From Octopus bimaculoides (Eukaryota): DNA of 32,390 bases. The notes under the pieces were generated by a model, which saw only the letters and a program-made list of their open reading frames with translations, made no database searches and had not been told where the DNA came from. A program made the position numbers and the translations under genes. This document shows positions 1-11,691 of the stretch, one piece after another; positions within the stretch are counted from its first letter, which is position 1, and every line of letters starts with the position of its first letter. The stretch is from positions 101,911,055 through 101,943,444 of the forward strand of contig NC_068982.1 in the NCBI RefSeq assembly GCF_001194135.2, written 5' to 3'.

Positions 1-31
<31 letters not shown>

Positions 32-43
32 GACCCAAAAAAA

Positions 44-500
44 CTCAACTCCCTCCAACAACGCCGTGAGCGCTATATCGTCTGTATGATTTGGAAAATA
101 TTCCATCAACATTGCCCAAATAACATAGGTATCATCTATAAAATTCACCCGAGGCTTGGCCCCCGTGCTATCCATCTACTACATGAATCATGATCGTGTC
201 GTATCACGACACTACGACTGACCTATTTTATCTCGGCTAGCCCTGCTCTCTTCATCATCGTGCCAGCCCACGTAATGGAGGAAAATGATCTTACGGCATT
301 CAAACGATCCCTAGATGATTACCTGCAACAAATACCAGACAAACCATCCACATTCGGATATGTCTCTGAAAACAAAAAACTCTCTTTTCGAATGGACTAT
401 GGTACTTATGAGCTGACTGTGTATTTCTTCCAGGTGGTGCTATTAAATTAGACATGGCCCGGGTCAAATTCGGCCGCAACTTATCTAAGTAATCTAAGTA
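44..500 (+). mobile_element. 5'-truncated CR1-group (CR1/L2/Daphne-like) LINE, ORF2 C-terminus plus 3' UTR
   Basis: One frame from 44 reads LNSLQQRRERYIVCMIWKIFHQHCPNNIG..HPRLG, then one TGA (191-193), then ..SPALFIIVPAHV..FKRSLDDYLQQIPDKPSTFGY. This matches the recalled 'SL.RRRERY....WKI...PN / GP.LFN.LP...FK..LD.YL..IPD.P' C-terminal motif set. It ends in a short (ATCTAAGTA)x2 tail. Confidence 0.8.
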
Positions 501-550
501 AATAAGTAATATAAATTTTATATATATATATATATGCATCTCACATAACA

Positions 551-900
551 ACAAGGTACTGCAACAGCCTCGGTTTCAGAGGACCTCAGCTCTTTAATGC
601 CCTGCCAAAACATTTGAGAGACCTGCAAGACATGGATATAGAGGTCTTCAAAACAAAACTCGACGCTTTCCTCTCCACGATACGTAACGAACCAATGGCT
701 CGAAATAATACATAGTTTAGGGCAGCGATGTCAAATTCTCTTATACACTAGATGTGCCATCAAAACTCTTGATTGGACTATATCAGGTGGAGGAGAAGAG
801 CCATACAAGGAACGTGAAGAGAGCACACCATAAAGACGGAAAGTCACGGTGGTGCTCCAGCATGACCACAGTCACTTGGCTGAAACCCATAAATAAATAT
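551..900 (+). mobile_element. Second 5'-truncated CR1-group LINE 3' end (different family from 44-500)
   Basis: Frame from 551 reads TRYCNSLGFRGPQLFNALPKHLRDLQDMDIEVFKTKLDAFLSTIRNEP..*FRAAMSNSLIH* (stop 749-751). The 3' UTR ends in a (TAAA)n-like tail at about 889-900. Confidence 0.8.
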
Positions 901-2284
901 ATNNNNNNNNNNNNNNNNNNNNNNNNNNNNNNNNNNNNNNNNNNTATATATATATATATATATATATATTTACTTACATATACTTACGTAAAACAGTCAC
1001 TTTGTTTATATTCAACTGCTCTATTGTTTCCGTTCAAGCCTTTCTATTTTGATAATGACTTAATTCTTAAATGTTCGTTCCTAAAAACAAAATTAAGTTT
1101 TGTGGGAGTTGAATCTGATGCAGTTTATATATGAAGAATGTGTGTGTGCGTGTGTATATGCGTGTATATGTGTGTGTGTGTGTGTTTGAAAATCTACTAT
1201 CGTCTTGAAAACGTTTACAAAATTAGGAAAAGTGTTTGTAAATTAAAGCTATATTTAGAGTTTGAGATGCCTCATTATGAAAGGAATTATATGAAAATAT
1301 CATGAAGGGAAAATTAAATATCAAAGTGCAAAGGATGCCGTGGTGTTTCTGTATAAGCAAATTTGAGGAAAGAAAAAACTCGATCAAAACTAAATCCGTG
1401 ATAAAGAAAAAACATGCAAAACGTCTGCCGTATAAAACGAGGTGCAACGTACATGTATGTATGTATGTATGTATGGATGGATGGAGGGATGATTGTTTGG
1501 TTGGCTGGTTCGTGATGTCTGTGTTTATCCAAATTTTCCATGTACGTCTATATTTTTGTCCGTGTATTTTCATGTATTTCTATACGTGTGCGTATATGTG
1601 TATGAATCTATATTCATATTTGCAAAACAATGACTGGAGGAGAGAAAGAAATATAAAGAGAATCAGAGAGGAATTTCTGGTGGAAATCAATAGTCACTTC
1701 TATTTGTGAGGAACTCCTAAATCTTAAGATGTCCAAATCTAGTGACAAGATTTTGGAAGAAAACAAACTACTAAGAAATTCTGAATTATCTTAATAAAAG
1801 AGGATAAAAGAGAGGAGTCAGTGAGAAATAATATGAGAGGAAAAAATAATGATATAAATTGAAATGGGGTGAGAATGAGGAAAAACGGAGAGAGACAAAG
1901 AAAAATGAGCCGTGATGAAAGGGAGTGGAATAAATTGAAGAAAATGTGTAGCGAGTTGAAAAAATATGGGGCGTAAATGTTAGAATGTGGTAAAACAAAT
2001 ATTTGAAGTGACAAACATATAAAGGAACTGGTAGTGGAGATCTTGGGGGTTCTGCGTAATCAAAGATTACAAAAGCACTCGCTTGAATTTGTAAATTTGC
2101 TTCTATTTTCTTCACCAGTACAAATGAAAGCCTCTCGAAGCTTACAATATTTCAATTTTATTTATTTACAAATTTCTCTACTACTCTATTAACGTTCAGT
2201 ATGAATCCTTTTTATTTTTCTTTACATTCACTACCAAAAACACTAATTGCATCTATTGCTGCACCTTATTACTCCAATCAACAT

Positions 2285-2450
2285 TATTTTCATCACCACC
2301 GTTCACATCACTACTAGCATTATTACTATGTTGCAACTACTACTGCTGCGGTTGCTACGATACTCCTACTACAACTACTAGTACTACTGCTACTGCTACA
2401 ACAACAACAACTACTACTACTACTAATAATAATAATAATAATAATAATAA
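2285..2450. repeat. Cryptic/compound trinucleotide repeat (CTA/CTG/CAA/TAA)
   Basis: Degenerate ACT/ACA runs grading into perfect (TAA)n at 2424-2450. Confidence 0.85.
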
Positions 2451-2451
2451 T

Positions 2452-2666
2452 GGTTTTAAATTTTGCCACAAGGACAGCAATTTTGGGGCAGGAGATGAGT
2501 CGATTACATCGATCCCTGTGTTCAACTGATACTTATTTTATCGACCGTGAAAGGATAAATGGTAAAGGTCCACCTCGGCGGAATTTGAACTCAGAATGTA
2601 GCGACAGGCGAAATACCGCTAAGCATTTCGTCAAGCGCCCTAGCAATTCTGCCAGCTCACCGTCTT
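2452..2666 (-). mobile_element. tRNA-derived SINE, family A, inserted in a (TAA)n tract
   Basis: The reverse complement aligns by eye to the + copy at 24338-24577 (head aggcggcgagctggcagaa, B-box-like gagttcaaattcc, ggtcgat core). It carries an alternative 3' tail and is flanked by TAA on both sides. Confidence 0.85.
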
Positions 2667-2673
2667 AGTAATA

Positions 2674-2748
<75 letters not shown>

Positions 2749-2763
2749 GTGATGACGATGATG

Positions 2764-2820
<57 letters not shown>

Positions 2821-2861
2821 GTGATGGTGATGGTGATGATGATGATGATGATGATGACGAC

Positions 2862-2893
<32 letters not shown>

Positions 2894-2919
2894 CGACGAT
2901 GATGATGATGATGATGATG

Positions 2920-2978
<59 letters not shown>

Positions 2979-3013
2979 AAGAAGAAGAAGAAGAAGAAGA
3001 AGAAGAAGAAGAA
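2667..3013. repeat. Compound trinucleotide microsatellite (TAA)n-(GAT/GGT/GAC)n-(TAA)n-(GAA)n
   Basis: Directly visible; it explains the poly-M/poly-H/poly-S ORFs in the track. Confidence 0.98.
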
Positions 3014-5066
3014 ATCAATGCCATCAACACCTATCAACATCATCCTTACTGCACTCTATCTGCTCCATCTTCACTACAACTTCTATCACCACACTTCCCT
3101 CATAGTAACTGTCGTTTTCATCATCATTGTCATTGGTGAAGCAGTATTATTATCGTAACTACACGTGAGGCTGTTGGGTTAGGTGATGTTGATATCGTCT
3201 GCTACCACAATAACGAAGTTGAGGGAGTTGCCTACTCTCAAAGAAACTTTACTGCATCTTTCCTACTGAATTTGTCATACCTAAATGCCTCTTCCAAACA
3301 TATTTCTGGAAGGCATCAAATGGATTTAGTACATTAAAGTTTTTTATTTGTCTTTTACTTTTTGAAAAATGGTGTTATCATTTTAGTTTATTTATTGAAT
3401 TTTTTTCCTTAAATTCCCATTTAGTCCTTGAAATATTAAGTGGAAGATCTTAATTAGACATGGCAAGATTTATATTCCCTTCTGCTCGACACTTCCTGAC
3501 AGTGCAGTCAACTCTAGCAAAGCTTGTTAGACAGTAAATTAAAGTTTTAGCGCCACTGAAGGAGAAAACGTGTTCAACGGTGCAGCCGGGTTTTACTGCT
3601 GTCATTTGTGCACCATAGGGTACTAAAAACGAAGACGTGTTTTCTGACTCGACAGCCTGAATGAATATCCAAGAATTACAGACGGGGAATTGAATGATAT
3701 GAAACTCAGTAATGGTTCAAACAAAGAAAAGACAGTTTCCAGTTACATATGCATATATAAAACTTTTCAATTTATCTTACTTGCAGACTAGTCTCTATTA
3801 ATAGCACACAATATAACTATTGCGATGAATACTTACTAAACTGTTCGGGAAACGGAATTAAGGTTGTTTTGCTGTTTTACTTATTTGTTTGTTTGTGTGT
3901 TTGTTTTCATGTTCTGTAATTTCTAATTGCATTTGACAGCAATGACTCTCGTTACAAAGGGTTTACTTGATTCAATTTCGTAAATCATTGGTACTGCTTT
4001 TACTGAGTCTAGAACTGATTTTTAAAATGCAAAATTGATGCCAGTAGAATTTGTAAAGTGAAAATTTAAATATTATTTTCTGTTTTTGATTTGGTATTAT
4101 TTTATTTGATCCAGCCATTCTTCTACGATCATGACGAGCCGATTCCCACCAGACGTTTTTCGGACTTTCATGTAAGGGATCGAATCTCAGTTTCTTGCTT
4201 GGTAGGTAGGAATATATATTACTTAATTATCAGTTTTGTTCGAACTTTCAAATCATTAAAGGTGGCACTACATGGCCTTGGATGATGACCAAAATACACT
4301 AAACAAATCAGTAGTATCGTAAATTAACTGGAATGGTTTTAAGGGGCCTTGATCTGTATTTGTGGTTTTGGAGTGCTCCAACATTATATTTGTCATACAA
4401 ACTGATACCATATCTTTACAAATCCTGACCTTCTGCAATTGTAGGCAATCTTATATGATTGATTTCTTTTGGCTTAGCATATTTCAAAAGGAAAACAGAA
4501 TGCAACCGGTATTTAGAAATTCGAGAACATCCTTTCATATCTAGAGAGAAAACTACGAAGAAAACTAGTCGTCACAGTCCGGAGCGTTACAAAGCACATG
4601 AAGAAAGAAACTAAACTAACAGAGTTAGTTCTTAAATCCTTTAGTTACGTTATACGTGTTGTGGAGAGGATTATGGCTGTATTATACAATCTGAGCAATA
4701 TAAGTTCTGTAATTCATCGGCAATTCGGAATCACTGATGCAGTGCAGACCAAAAGAATTTTCCTGAACCGCAATACACAATTCGGCCATAACCTTCATTG
4801 AAAGACGTGTAAGATGATGTAATTGAGTAGTTTAAGAATCGACTCTTTAGTTTTGTAATATTTATATTTCGATGAATACATAATACATACATACATACAT
4901 ACATACATACATACATAAGAGAGAGTAAGAGAGAAACAGCCAGGCAAACAGGGTGACAGACAGAATTAGCCGTACTGTAAACAAGCACAGAGAAAGCTAA
5001 ACGTGTGAAAATTCGTTCTAAAACTGCTGCCTTAGGTATTCTTACCGAAAATGACAAAAAAAATTT

Positions 5067-5940
5067 CTCAATAGAAAATACTTAAAGAGAGCTAATGACG
5101 CCGATGTTGACAAAGCTTTTACCCATCAATGGTTAGTTTCTTCTGGTTTAAAATCAGAGACAGAAGGATTTATCATAGCAGCCCAAAATCAATGCCTCCC
5201 TATAAGGAACTACCAGGCCAACATATTAAAGAACGGCAATAATCCAACATGTATATGTAAACAACAAAATGAAAACATCTATCATGCTGTCTCCATGTGC
5301 AGTCTTCTTGCGCCTACGAAGTATCTCAATAGGCATGATAGAGAAGCAGAGTATATTCACTGGGTAATTTGCAAAGATTTGTACCTGCTCCATGATAAAA
5401 ACTGGCGGGAACACAAACTGCCTACAGTGTTTCAAAATGACCACATCTCACTCCTCTGGAACTTCGCCGTTCAAACTGATAGAAAGACAGATGCGAATAG
5501 GCCAGATATTATATTGGAAGACTTTAGATAAAAATCATACCTCCTCATCAACATGATTGTCCCAATGAACATAGATGTGTCTGTCAAGACCTACCAAAAA
5601 CTGAGCAGGTATAAAGATCTTGAAATAGAAATTGGTAAAATGTGGAACCTCAACACTAAAACAATACCTGTTGTCCTCGGAATTATAACAAAAGGGCTTG
5701 ATTGCTACCTAGCTCAGATACCAGAAAATCCGGATACGGAAGAAATTCAAAAAAATAGTGTGCATGGGAGCTGCCCAAATCCTACGTAAAATGCTGTCTA
5801 TGTAATCCCAAATTTTAGAACAAACTATAATTTACTTGTTTTCTTAGACATTCTCTAGAACAATACATTGTGCAAAAACCAGATATATAGCACTCTAGTC
5901 ATAACGCCAACTTGAATTTCTAACTTGTTATCTCGTGAGG
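5067..5940 (+). mobile_element. R4/Dong-clade (R2 superfamily) non-LTR retrotransposon remnant: RT thumb end, Zn knuckle, REL endonuclease, 3' UTR
   Basis: Frame from 5076 reads KYLKRANDADVDKAFTHQWLVSSGLKSETEGFIIAAQNQ..PTCIC..HAVSMC..YLNRHD..IHW..W.EH..LWNF..TDRK..NRPDII..*..LINMIVP..KTYQKLSRYKDLEIEIGKMW..IPVVLG. A +1 shift in the A-run near 5750 gives IQKIVCMGAAQILRKMLSM* (stop 5803-5805). It has an in-frame stop at 5529-5531 and D>N at the expected second catalytic acid. Confidence 0.9.
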
Positions 5941-6180
5941 TCCCTTATTCAGGGACCTTTTGATCGGGATGGGCTACTCGACCTCAAAAAAATTCTAACT
6001 GGGCCCCACCTGCGAGGTCATGCGCTGTTTATCTTGATATGAGATCACCATGTCGCGCACATATGGTTGTGATGCATGTGCCTGGTGTACCCTTATCAGA
6101 CGGGTAATCATGATGGGTATATTGGGCTTCGTATATTTTACCCCAGTGTCACTTTGATGGCATGCACTGCTCTCTCACTC

Positions 6181-6234
<54 letters not shown>
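5941..6234 (+). mobile_element. Unclassified retroelement 3' end with (TAA)18 tail
   Basis: A GC-richer 240-bp block ending directly in (AAT)n at 6181-6234. I recall it as a dispersed octopus repeat, but family assignment is not possible from the sequence. Confidence 0.5.
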
Positions 6235-6235
<1 letters not shown>

Positions 6236-6244
6236 TATAACATA

Positions 6245-6439
6245 CAAATATATATAACATACAGAAAATTGCACCACTGGGTACTGCACACATTCTACGC
6301 AAAACACTTTCAATACAGTAAACATAAGAGCACCACAGCAAACCACAGCGCATACCCAAGGCGCACAGAGCTGCGCTCGGTAGTGAAGTGAAAGCACGTT
6401 ATAAAAATAAAACTACTGAACAATAATAATAATAATAAT
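6245..6439 (+). mobile_element. Second R4/Dong-like 3' terminal fragment with (TAA)n tail
   Basis: 6259-6321 translates to IQKIAPLGTAHILRKTLSIQ*, homologous to the C-terminus of the 5067 element but with a different 3' UTR. It ends in TAA repeats at 6422-6439. Confidence 0.8.
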
Positions 6440-8017
6440 TTACATGCACAGACAAATATAATAAAGATAAAATAATCGTCGCAACAAATGCAAGTAAAAT
6501 GTCATACGCATTAGAAAACAGCAAACAGGTAGTAAGTTACTGACTGATATAAAACCGCAAAGATATACCAATAACATCCACATTCTGTGCGAGTATTCTC
6601 AATTGGTGTAAATTTAAAATCAACTACAGAACTAGAGTCGACGGGCTTTGTCTGCACCATAGATAAAAAAGTGTTTCCTTTCACGGTCCTCCACATATCT
6701 TGTTATCTTGAAACTTTTCTTGAAATTTTGTTGGTCATCCCCTGTTTGCGGTGGAATGCACTTTCCGTCGTATTCCGTTGTGGACTTGATCTCGAAACCA
6801 CGTACATACAAAGCAAGTATTTAAACCGTATTGTCTTTTCACTTGTTAACCTTAGAAATAGGACCGGTTCTTGCAGTTGTTAAGGTTTTCCATCATATTC
6901 ACCATAATTATGAGCAATATCATACATTTTTCAACAACGTATATAAGCTTACATCACGCATGGACAACGTTGTTTGTATTCAAAATAACTGAGCAGAAAA
7001 GTTTCTGAAGAGACTGAGATGTATATGTTAAGGTATGTAGAAACAATAAATCGCTGATAAATACGTTACAAAAGTAACCTAAGAAATAGAGATTGCTTCT
7101 TCGTATACAGTAGCCACAAAGGCAATATTTGTTAACGAATATGTAAAATGATTCCAGGTACATGCTGTAAAAATATGAATATATTGTGTCTATTTTTTTT
7201 AGCTTATATATATTATTCAATTTGCTAAAACAACAAAAAATGGACAAATGTTCTTAGCTATATCGTATGTATATATTGCAGATGGAACTTAACTGAATTT
7301 AACCTTCGCCATATATGACTAGTTCCATTTAATATATCGCTAGTTGGAAATATATATATTATGTTATTCGAAGATCCATTGTAATCTAACAGATCAGTAA
7401 AAGCAAAAGAGACTGGAAAATGTCATAGATAGCAGAATTTGTGATTGCCCTTTATATGCACTAGAAGAATTTGGAAGTTTCAGGCCAGGATAATACTGCA
7501 TTCTAAATGACTCCGTTTATCTCAGTTTCGGAGTAGGCGACACATCACCTGATGATACTACCCGAGATGGACAGACATCCAGTACTATATCCATTTAATT
7601 CTAATTAATCTAAACTAAGCACAAGCGGCTAGATGATTTCCAATGGCTCAAAGAGGTCACAATCAATTGTCAGGTTACTTGGCAGCGTTCAGTATTGTAG
7701 TTACTTCAGTTATTGAGATCTTTTTGGCAGATTGCCATCTGATGTACAATCGCGAGATATGCTGACAGATATATTTCCTTCCCAAACTTGCTATCAAACT
7801 CGCCATTTCTGTATAGCGGTTTCTTTTCTCATGCAGTCTCTCTTTCACAAACAATATTAATCTACCAGTATTTATTGCATCCTTCTAGATTGCGTATTTA
7901 TATCACAGTTAGCCACACCAATATATTTATCATATAATCTAACGTCAGATCTAAAACTTATTTCATTAAATTAAGATTTATTTCTGAAGGGAATCCACAA
8001 ACAATATTTGAAGATAT

Positions 8018-8062
<45 letters not shown>

Positions 8063-9325
8063 NNNNNNNNNNNNNNNNNNNNNNNNNNNNNNNNNNNNNN
8101 NNNNNNNNNNNNNNNNNNNNNNNNNNNNNNNNNNNNNNNNNNNNNNNNNNNNNNNNNNNNNNNNNNNNNNNNNNNNNNNNNNNNNNNNNNNNNNNNNNNN
8201 NNNNNNNNNNNNNNNNNNNNNNNNNNNNNNNNNNNNNNNNNNNNNNNNNNNNNNNNNNNNNNNNNNNNNNNNNNNNNNNNNNNNNNNNNNNNNNNNNNNN
8301 NNNNNNNNNNNNNNNNNNNNNNNNNNNNNNNNNNNNNNNNNNNNNNNNNNNNNNNNNNNNNNNNNNNNNNNNNNNNNNNNNNNNNNNNNNNNNNNNNNNN
8401 NNNNNNNNNNNNNNNNNNNNNNNNNNNNNNNNNNNNNNNNNNNNNNNNNNNNNNNNNNNNNNNNNNNNNNNNNNNNNNNNNNNNNNNNNNNNNNNNNNNN
8501 NNNNNNNNNNNNNNNNNNNNNNNNNNNNNNNNNNNNNNNNNNNNNNNNNNNNNNNNNNNNNNNNNNNNNNNNNNNNNNNNNNNNNNNNNNNNNNNNNNNN
8601 NNNNNNNNNNNNNNNNNNNNNNNNNNNNNNNNNNNNNNNNNNNNNNNNNNNNNNNNNNNNNNNNNNNNNNNNNNNNNNNNNNNNNNNNNTATATATATAT
8701 ATATATATGCATATCGTTGTATTTATCTAATATTCATCTTTGGAGTGAACCCCTATAAAATCCGTAAAAGTAATTTTCTAGATACTGCGATAAAGAAGCA
8801 ATGGAAATGGAAATGTGAACAATATTAATCAATATAAATATTACTTCTCTACTATCCTCAGCGCATGAAATTTGAGTTCCTAGTTCACCAAGCAATAACA
8901 GAAAAGTAATTATCTATATATTTCTAGAAGGTAAAAACTGGAATATGACAGAAAATATATCTCACTTCGAAATGATACATTCGAGATTAGTTTGTGTTCA
9001 ACATATTTTTGATAGTTTGTTGGATCGTTGGATTGTTTGTCTAAAAATATATGAAAGTATATATGTGAGATTGTAGTTATTTTATGTGTGCGTGTAGGCG
9101 TATGTAGTATATGATGTGTATTCAATTGGCATCTTATACATATACCTTCATCTCTAAATAGCGCATAGAAAATATTTTCTGTTGTTTACACATTGGAGTA
9201 ATTTTTGGTTATATACTTTAAATGGATAAAGTAAATATGAATGCCATATGTCCACGATTAACGCAGCATAAGTTTTAATAGCACGGATTCAATCTATAAT
9301 TGATAAAAGCTACTGTAGTTATTAA

Positions 9326-9539
9326 TTTAAAATTTTGGCACAAAGCCAGCAATTTCAGGGGAGTAGGTAAGTCGATTGCATCGACCCCAGCGCTCAACTG
9401 CTCCTTATTTTATTGACCCCGAAAGAATGAAAACAAAGTCGAACTCGGTGTAATTTGGACTTAGAAGGTTAAAAACAGAGAAAACGCTGCAAAGCTTTAG
9501 CCCGGCGTACTAACGATTCTGCCAGCTCTGTCGCCCTAC
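9326..9539 (-). mobile_element. SINE family A, diverged copy with 16-bp TSD
   Basis: Homologous to the other family A copies. It is flanked by ctactgtagttattaa (9310-9325) and ctacggtaattattaa (9540-9555), 14/16 identical. Confidence 0.85.
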
Positions 9540-10027
9540 CTACGGTAATTATTAACACTGATGATACATGAATCTTTCTGGTTGTGTATTTTGTTTACTT
9601 ATGATGGCAATACTCCATGCATTTAATATTGATAATGCCATTACTTATACCACATAGACATAATAAGTACTTATCCGAATAACTATGACCAATAAAACAT
9701 AAATCTATAAGTTTCAGTTTAACGACGTATTATGTTGCGGATGCTTCATATGGATAATAGGAGCCGATGCTATATACCTCTCATTTATTCGCAAATTTCT
9801 CAAAGTTTATTCAGAGTCTTTGTCGTTTTCATATGTGAGTCGGTTACGGCACCATAGTAAAGTGCATACAATTAGGAGTGAAGTCCACTCTGTCTTTAAC
9901 TCTTTTCCAAAAAAAGGGATACGAAGACGTCACGATATTGCTTTGCGTCACACATGGAATGGTTGTGGGGTGTAATTTAATTCGTCATTCCTGAAACTCA
10001 ATGCGTTGAATCCAAGCTAAAACATTC

Positions 10028-10130
10028 TCATAATTGACTTCAGTAATCTCTCTCTCGCTCTCGCCTTCTCCCCCCTCTCTCTCTCTTCCACTTTCTCTCT
10101 CTCCCACTTTCTCTCTTTGTCTTTGCTTTC
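10028..10130. repeat. Imperfect (CT)n tract
   Basis: Directly visible. Confidence 0.85.
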
Positions 10131-10333
10131 TATATTTGTAGGCTTTTTAGTACTTTTCAGAATTCTGAAGCTTTAGTTTATCACATTCATGTTCCGACGA
10201 TCTACACCACTAATGAAATATTAACTGGTTGTTTTTTGTTTGTTTTTTAATCACATCTTATTTGTTGACAGCATCAAATACACTGCAACCAGCCTTTTAA
10301 GACTAGTACTATACGGTCTCGCGTACCTAGAAG

Positions 10334-10335
<2 letters not shown>

Positions 10336-10378
<43 letters not shown>

Positions 10379-10478
10379 CGCACCTGTGCGCGCGTGTGTG
10401 TTTGCTTTCACCAGCAAATTCTTCCTTTAAAATATACATATGTACATACTTACATACATACGCGCGCGCGCGCGTGTC
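10336..10478. repeat. (GT)n-(GC)n and (CATA)n/(CG)n alternating purine-pyrimidine tracts
   Basis: Directly visible. Confidence 0.9.
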
Positions 10479-10480
10479 TG

Positions 10481-10695
10481 TGAAGGCGTTTGGCTTAGTG
10501 GTTAGAGCATCGGGATCGCAATCATGAGGTAGTGAGTTCCAATCCTGATCCGGGCTGTGTGTTGTGTTCTTGAGCAAGACACTTTATTTCACGTTACTCC
10601 AGTTCACACAGCTGTAGAAATGAGTTACGACGTCCCTGGTGCCAAATTGTATCGGCCTTTGCCTTTCCTTTGGATAACAACGGTGGCGGGGAGAT
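10481..10695 (+). mobile_element. tRNA-derived SINE, family C (CORE-like central domain)
   Basis: A-box tggcttagtgg at 10491-10501, B-box-like gagttccaatcc at 10534-10545, and tgtgttcttgagcaagacacttt at 10563-10585, which resembles the conserved CORE-type motif. An inverted homolog lies at 16600-16750. Confidence 0.75.
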
Positions 10696-10699
10696 TCAC

Positions 10700-11010
10700 A
10701 TCACCACTCCTCTATGTGCTTTTGTCCCAGCTGTTGGCCTATTTAGTATATGTATGAGTTTGATTCCTTTGCCCTCGTCTGTACCTCACGCCGCGCCGTC
10801 GGCTCCTCAGGTATTGTGGAGAGGAAGATCTTTAGAACCGTTTTGAAGACATCTATGTCCACATTATGTTAATTTCTAAATTTTTGTGGAGGGCATTGAA
10901 GGACCGTGGGCCTTTGAACACTAGGGTACTGCAGTAGCTAGTCCTGAATTTGGTGGGAGTGGGTAGTACCTCTGGTACAATAGAATGGTGTGCAGTTCTG
11001 GCAGTATATA
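10700..11010 (-). mobile_element. CR1-group LINE 3' remnant, same family as 551-900
   Basis: The minus strand reads HHSIVPEVLPTPTKFRTSYCSTLVFKGPRSFNALHKNL, then after a frameshift VDIDVFKTVLKIFLSTIPEEPTARREVQTRAKESNS. This is colinear with the 551 translation. Confidence 0.8.
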
Positions 11011-11691
11011 CATACATAATTACATACATACATCTGTACATTTATGTGTTTATGTGCATGTGTGTGTGTGCGTGCGTGCGAGTGTTCGTGCATGTGTGTG
11101 TGTGCGCGTGCATGCGTATATGCATTTATCTATGTGTGTATTTATGTATAGTGCAACATGGTCGAATAATCAAGATGATAGATCCGCAATCGCGAGGTGA
11201 GTAGCTTTGACTACTACAACCTTGTTGCCATTTGTGAAACTACTTTTCTAGACGGAAACTCTGTATGTACGTATGTATGTATGTATGTATGCATGCATGT
11301 ACGTGTGTATGTCTTTACGTATGTATGTCTAAACAGAAATATACTTATAACTGTCTGTCTCAAGCTCCTGCTATCTAGTACCTTCGCATGATCTCTACTC
11401 AACCGCTACACAACTGCTACTCGACTGCTACTCAACACCCCTACCACGGCCAGACTACCTCTATTTATATGTCTTGGGATATCCTACTTCTTCGCCTGGG
11501 GGCGTCGACACAACAATAATATAATAATTTTAAAAGTCTATGAATGTCTACAATGAGTTGCTCCCAACGTGTATACACAGCTACAAAATTAGGAAGCAAA
11601 TCTATCTATAAAGCCATCCTTTTTATCCTTGTGATTTAAGATGCATAAAAAATAGAAATTTCCAGGATATATTCATTGTGAAGACAAAAGT

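Noticed and set aside
2657-3105. Poly-M/H/S/R ORFs of 120-130 aa
   Set aside because: They are translations of the trinucleotide microsatellite.
4517-4801. ~94-codon open frame (includes listed ORF 4598-4801)
   Set aside because: It has no motif or splice support, and the length is compatible with chance or unrecognised TE decay.
6560-6900. GC-richer unique tract with short ORFs on both strands
   Set aside because: No family motif was recognised and there are no consistent splice sites; it is left unassigned.
7545-7600. CTGATGA followed by hairpin-forming sequence (possible hammerhead)
   Set aside because: There is no GAAA or stem III/cleavage triplet after the hairpin, and the reverse-strand reading also lacks an intact core.
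9920-9990. Three CGTCA half-CRE sites
   Set aside because: These short motifs are expected by chance, and no TSS or gene is nearby.
10481-10560. tRNA-like sequence with A and B boxes
   Set aside because: It does not form a full cloverleaf and continues into a SINE body; it is a SINE head, not a tRNA gene.
11151-11201. Possible micro-exon ending at GAG|GTGAGT
   Set aside because: The acceptor lies in microsatellite sequence and no recognisable peptide results.
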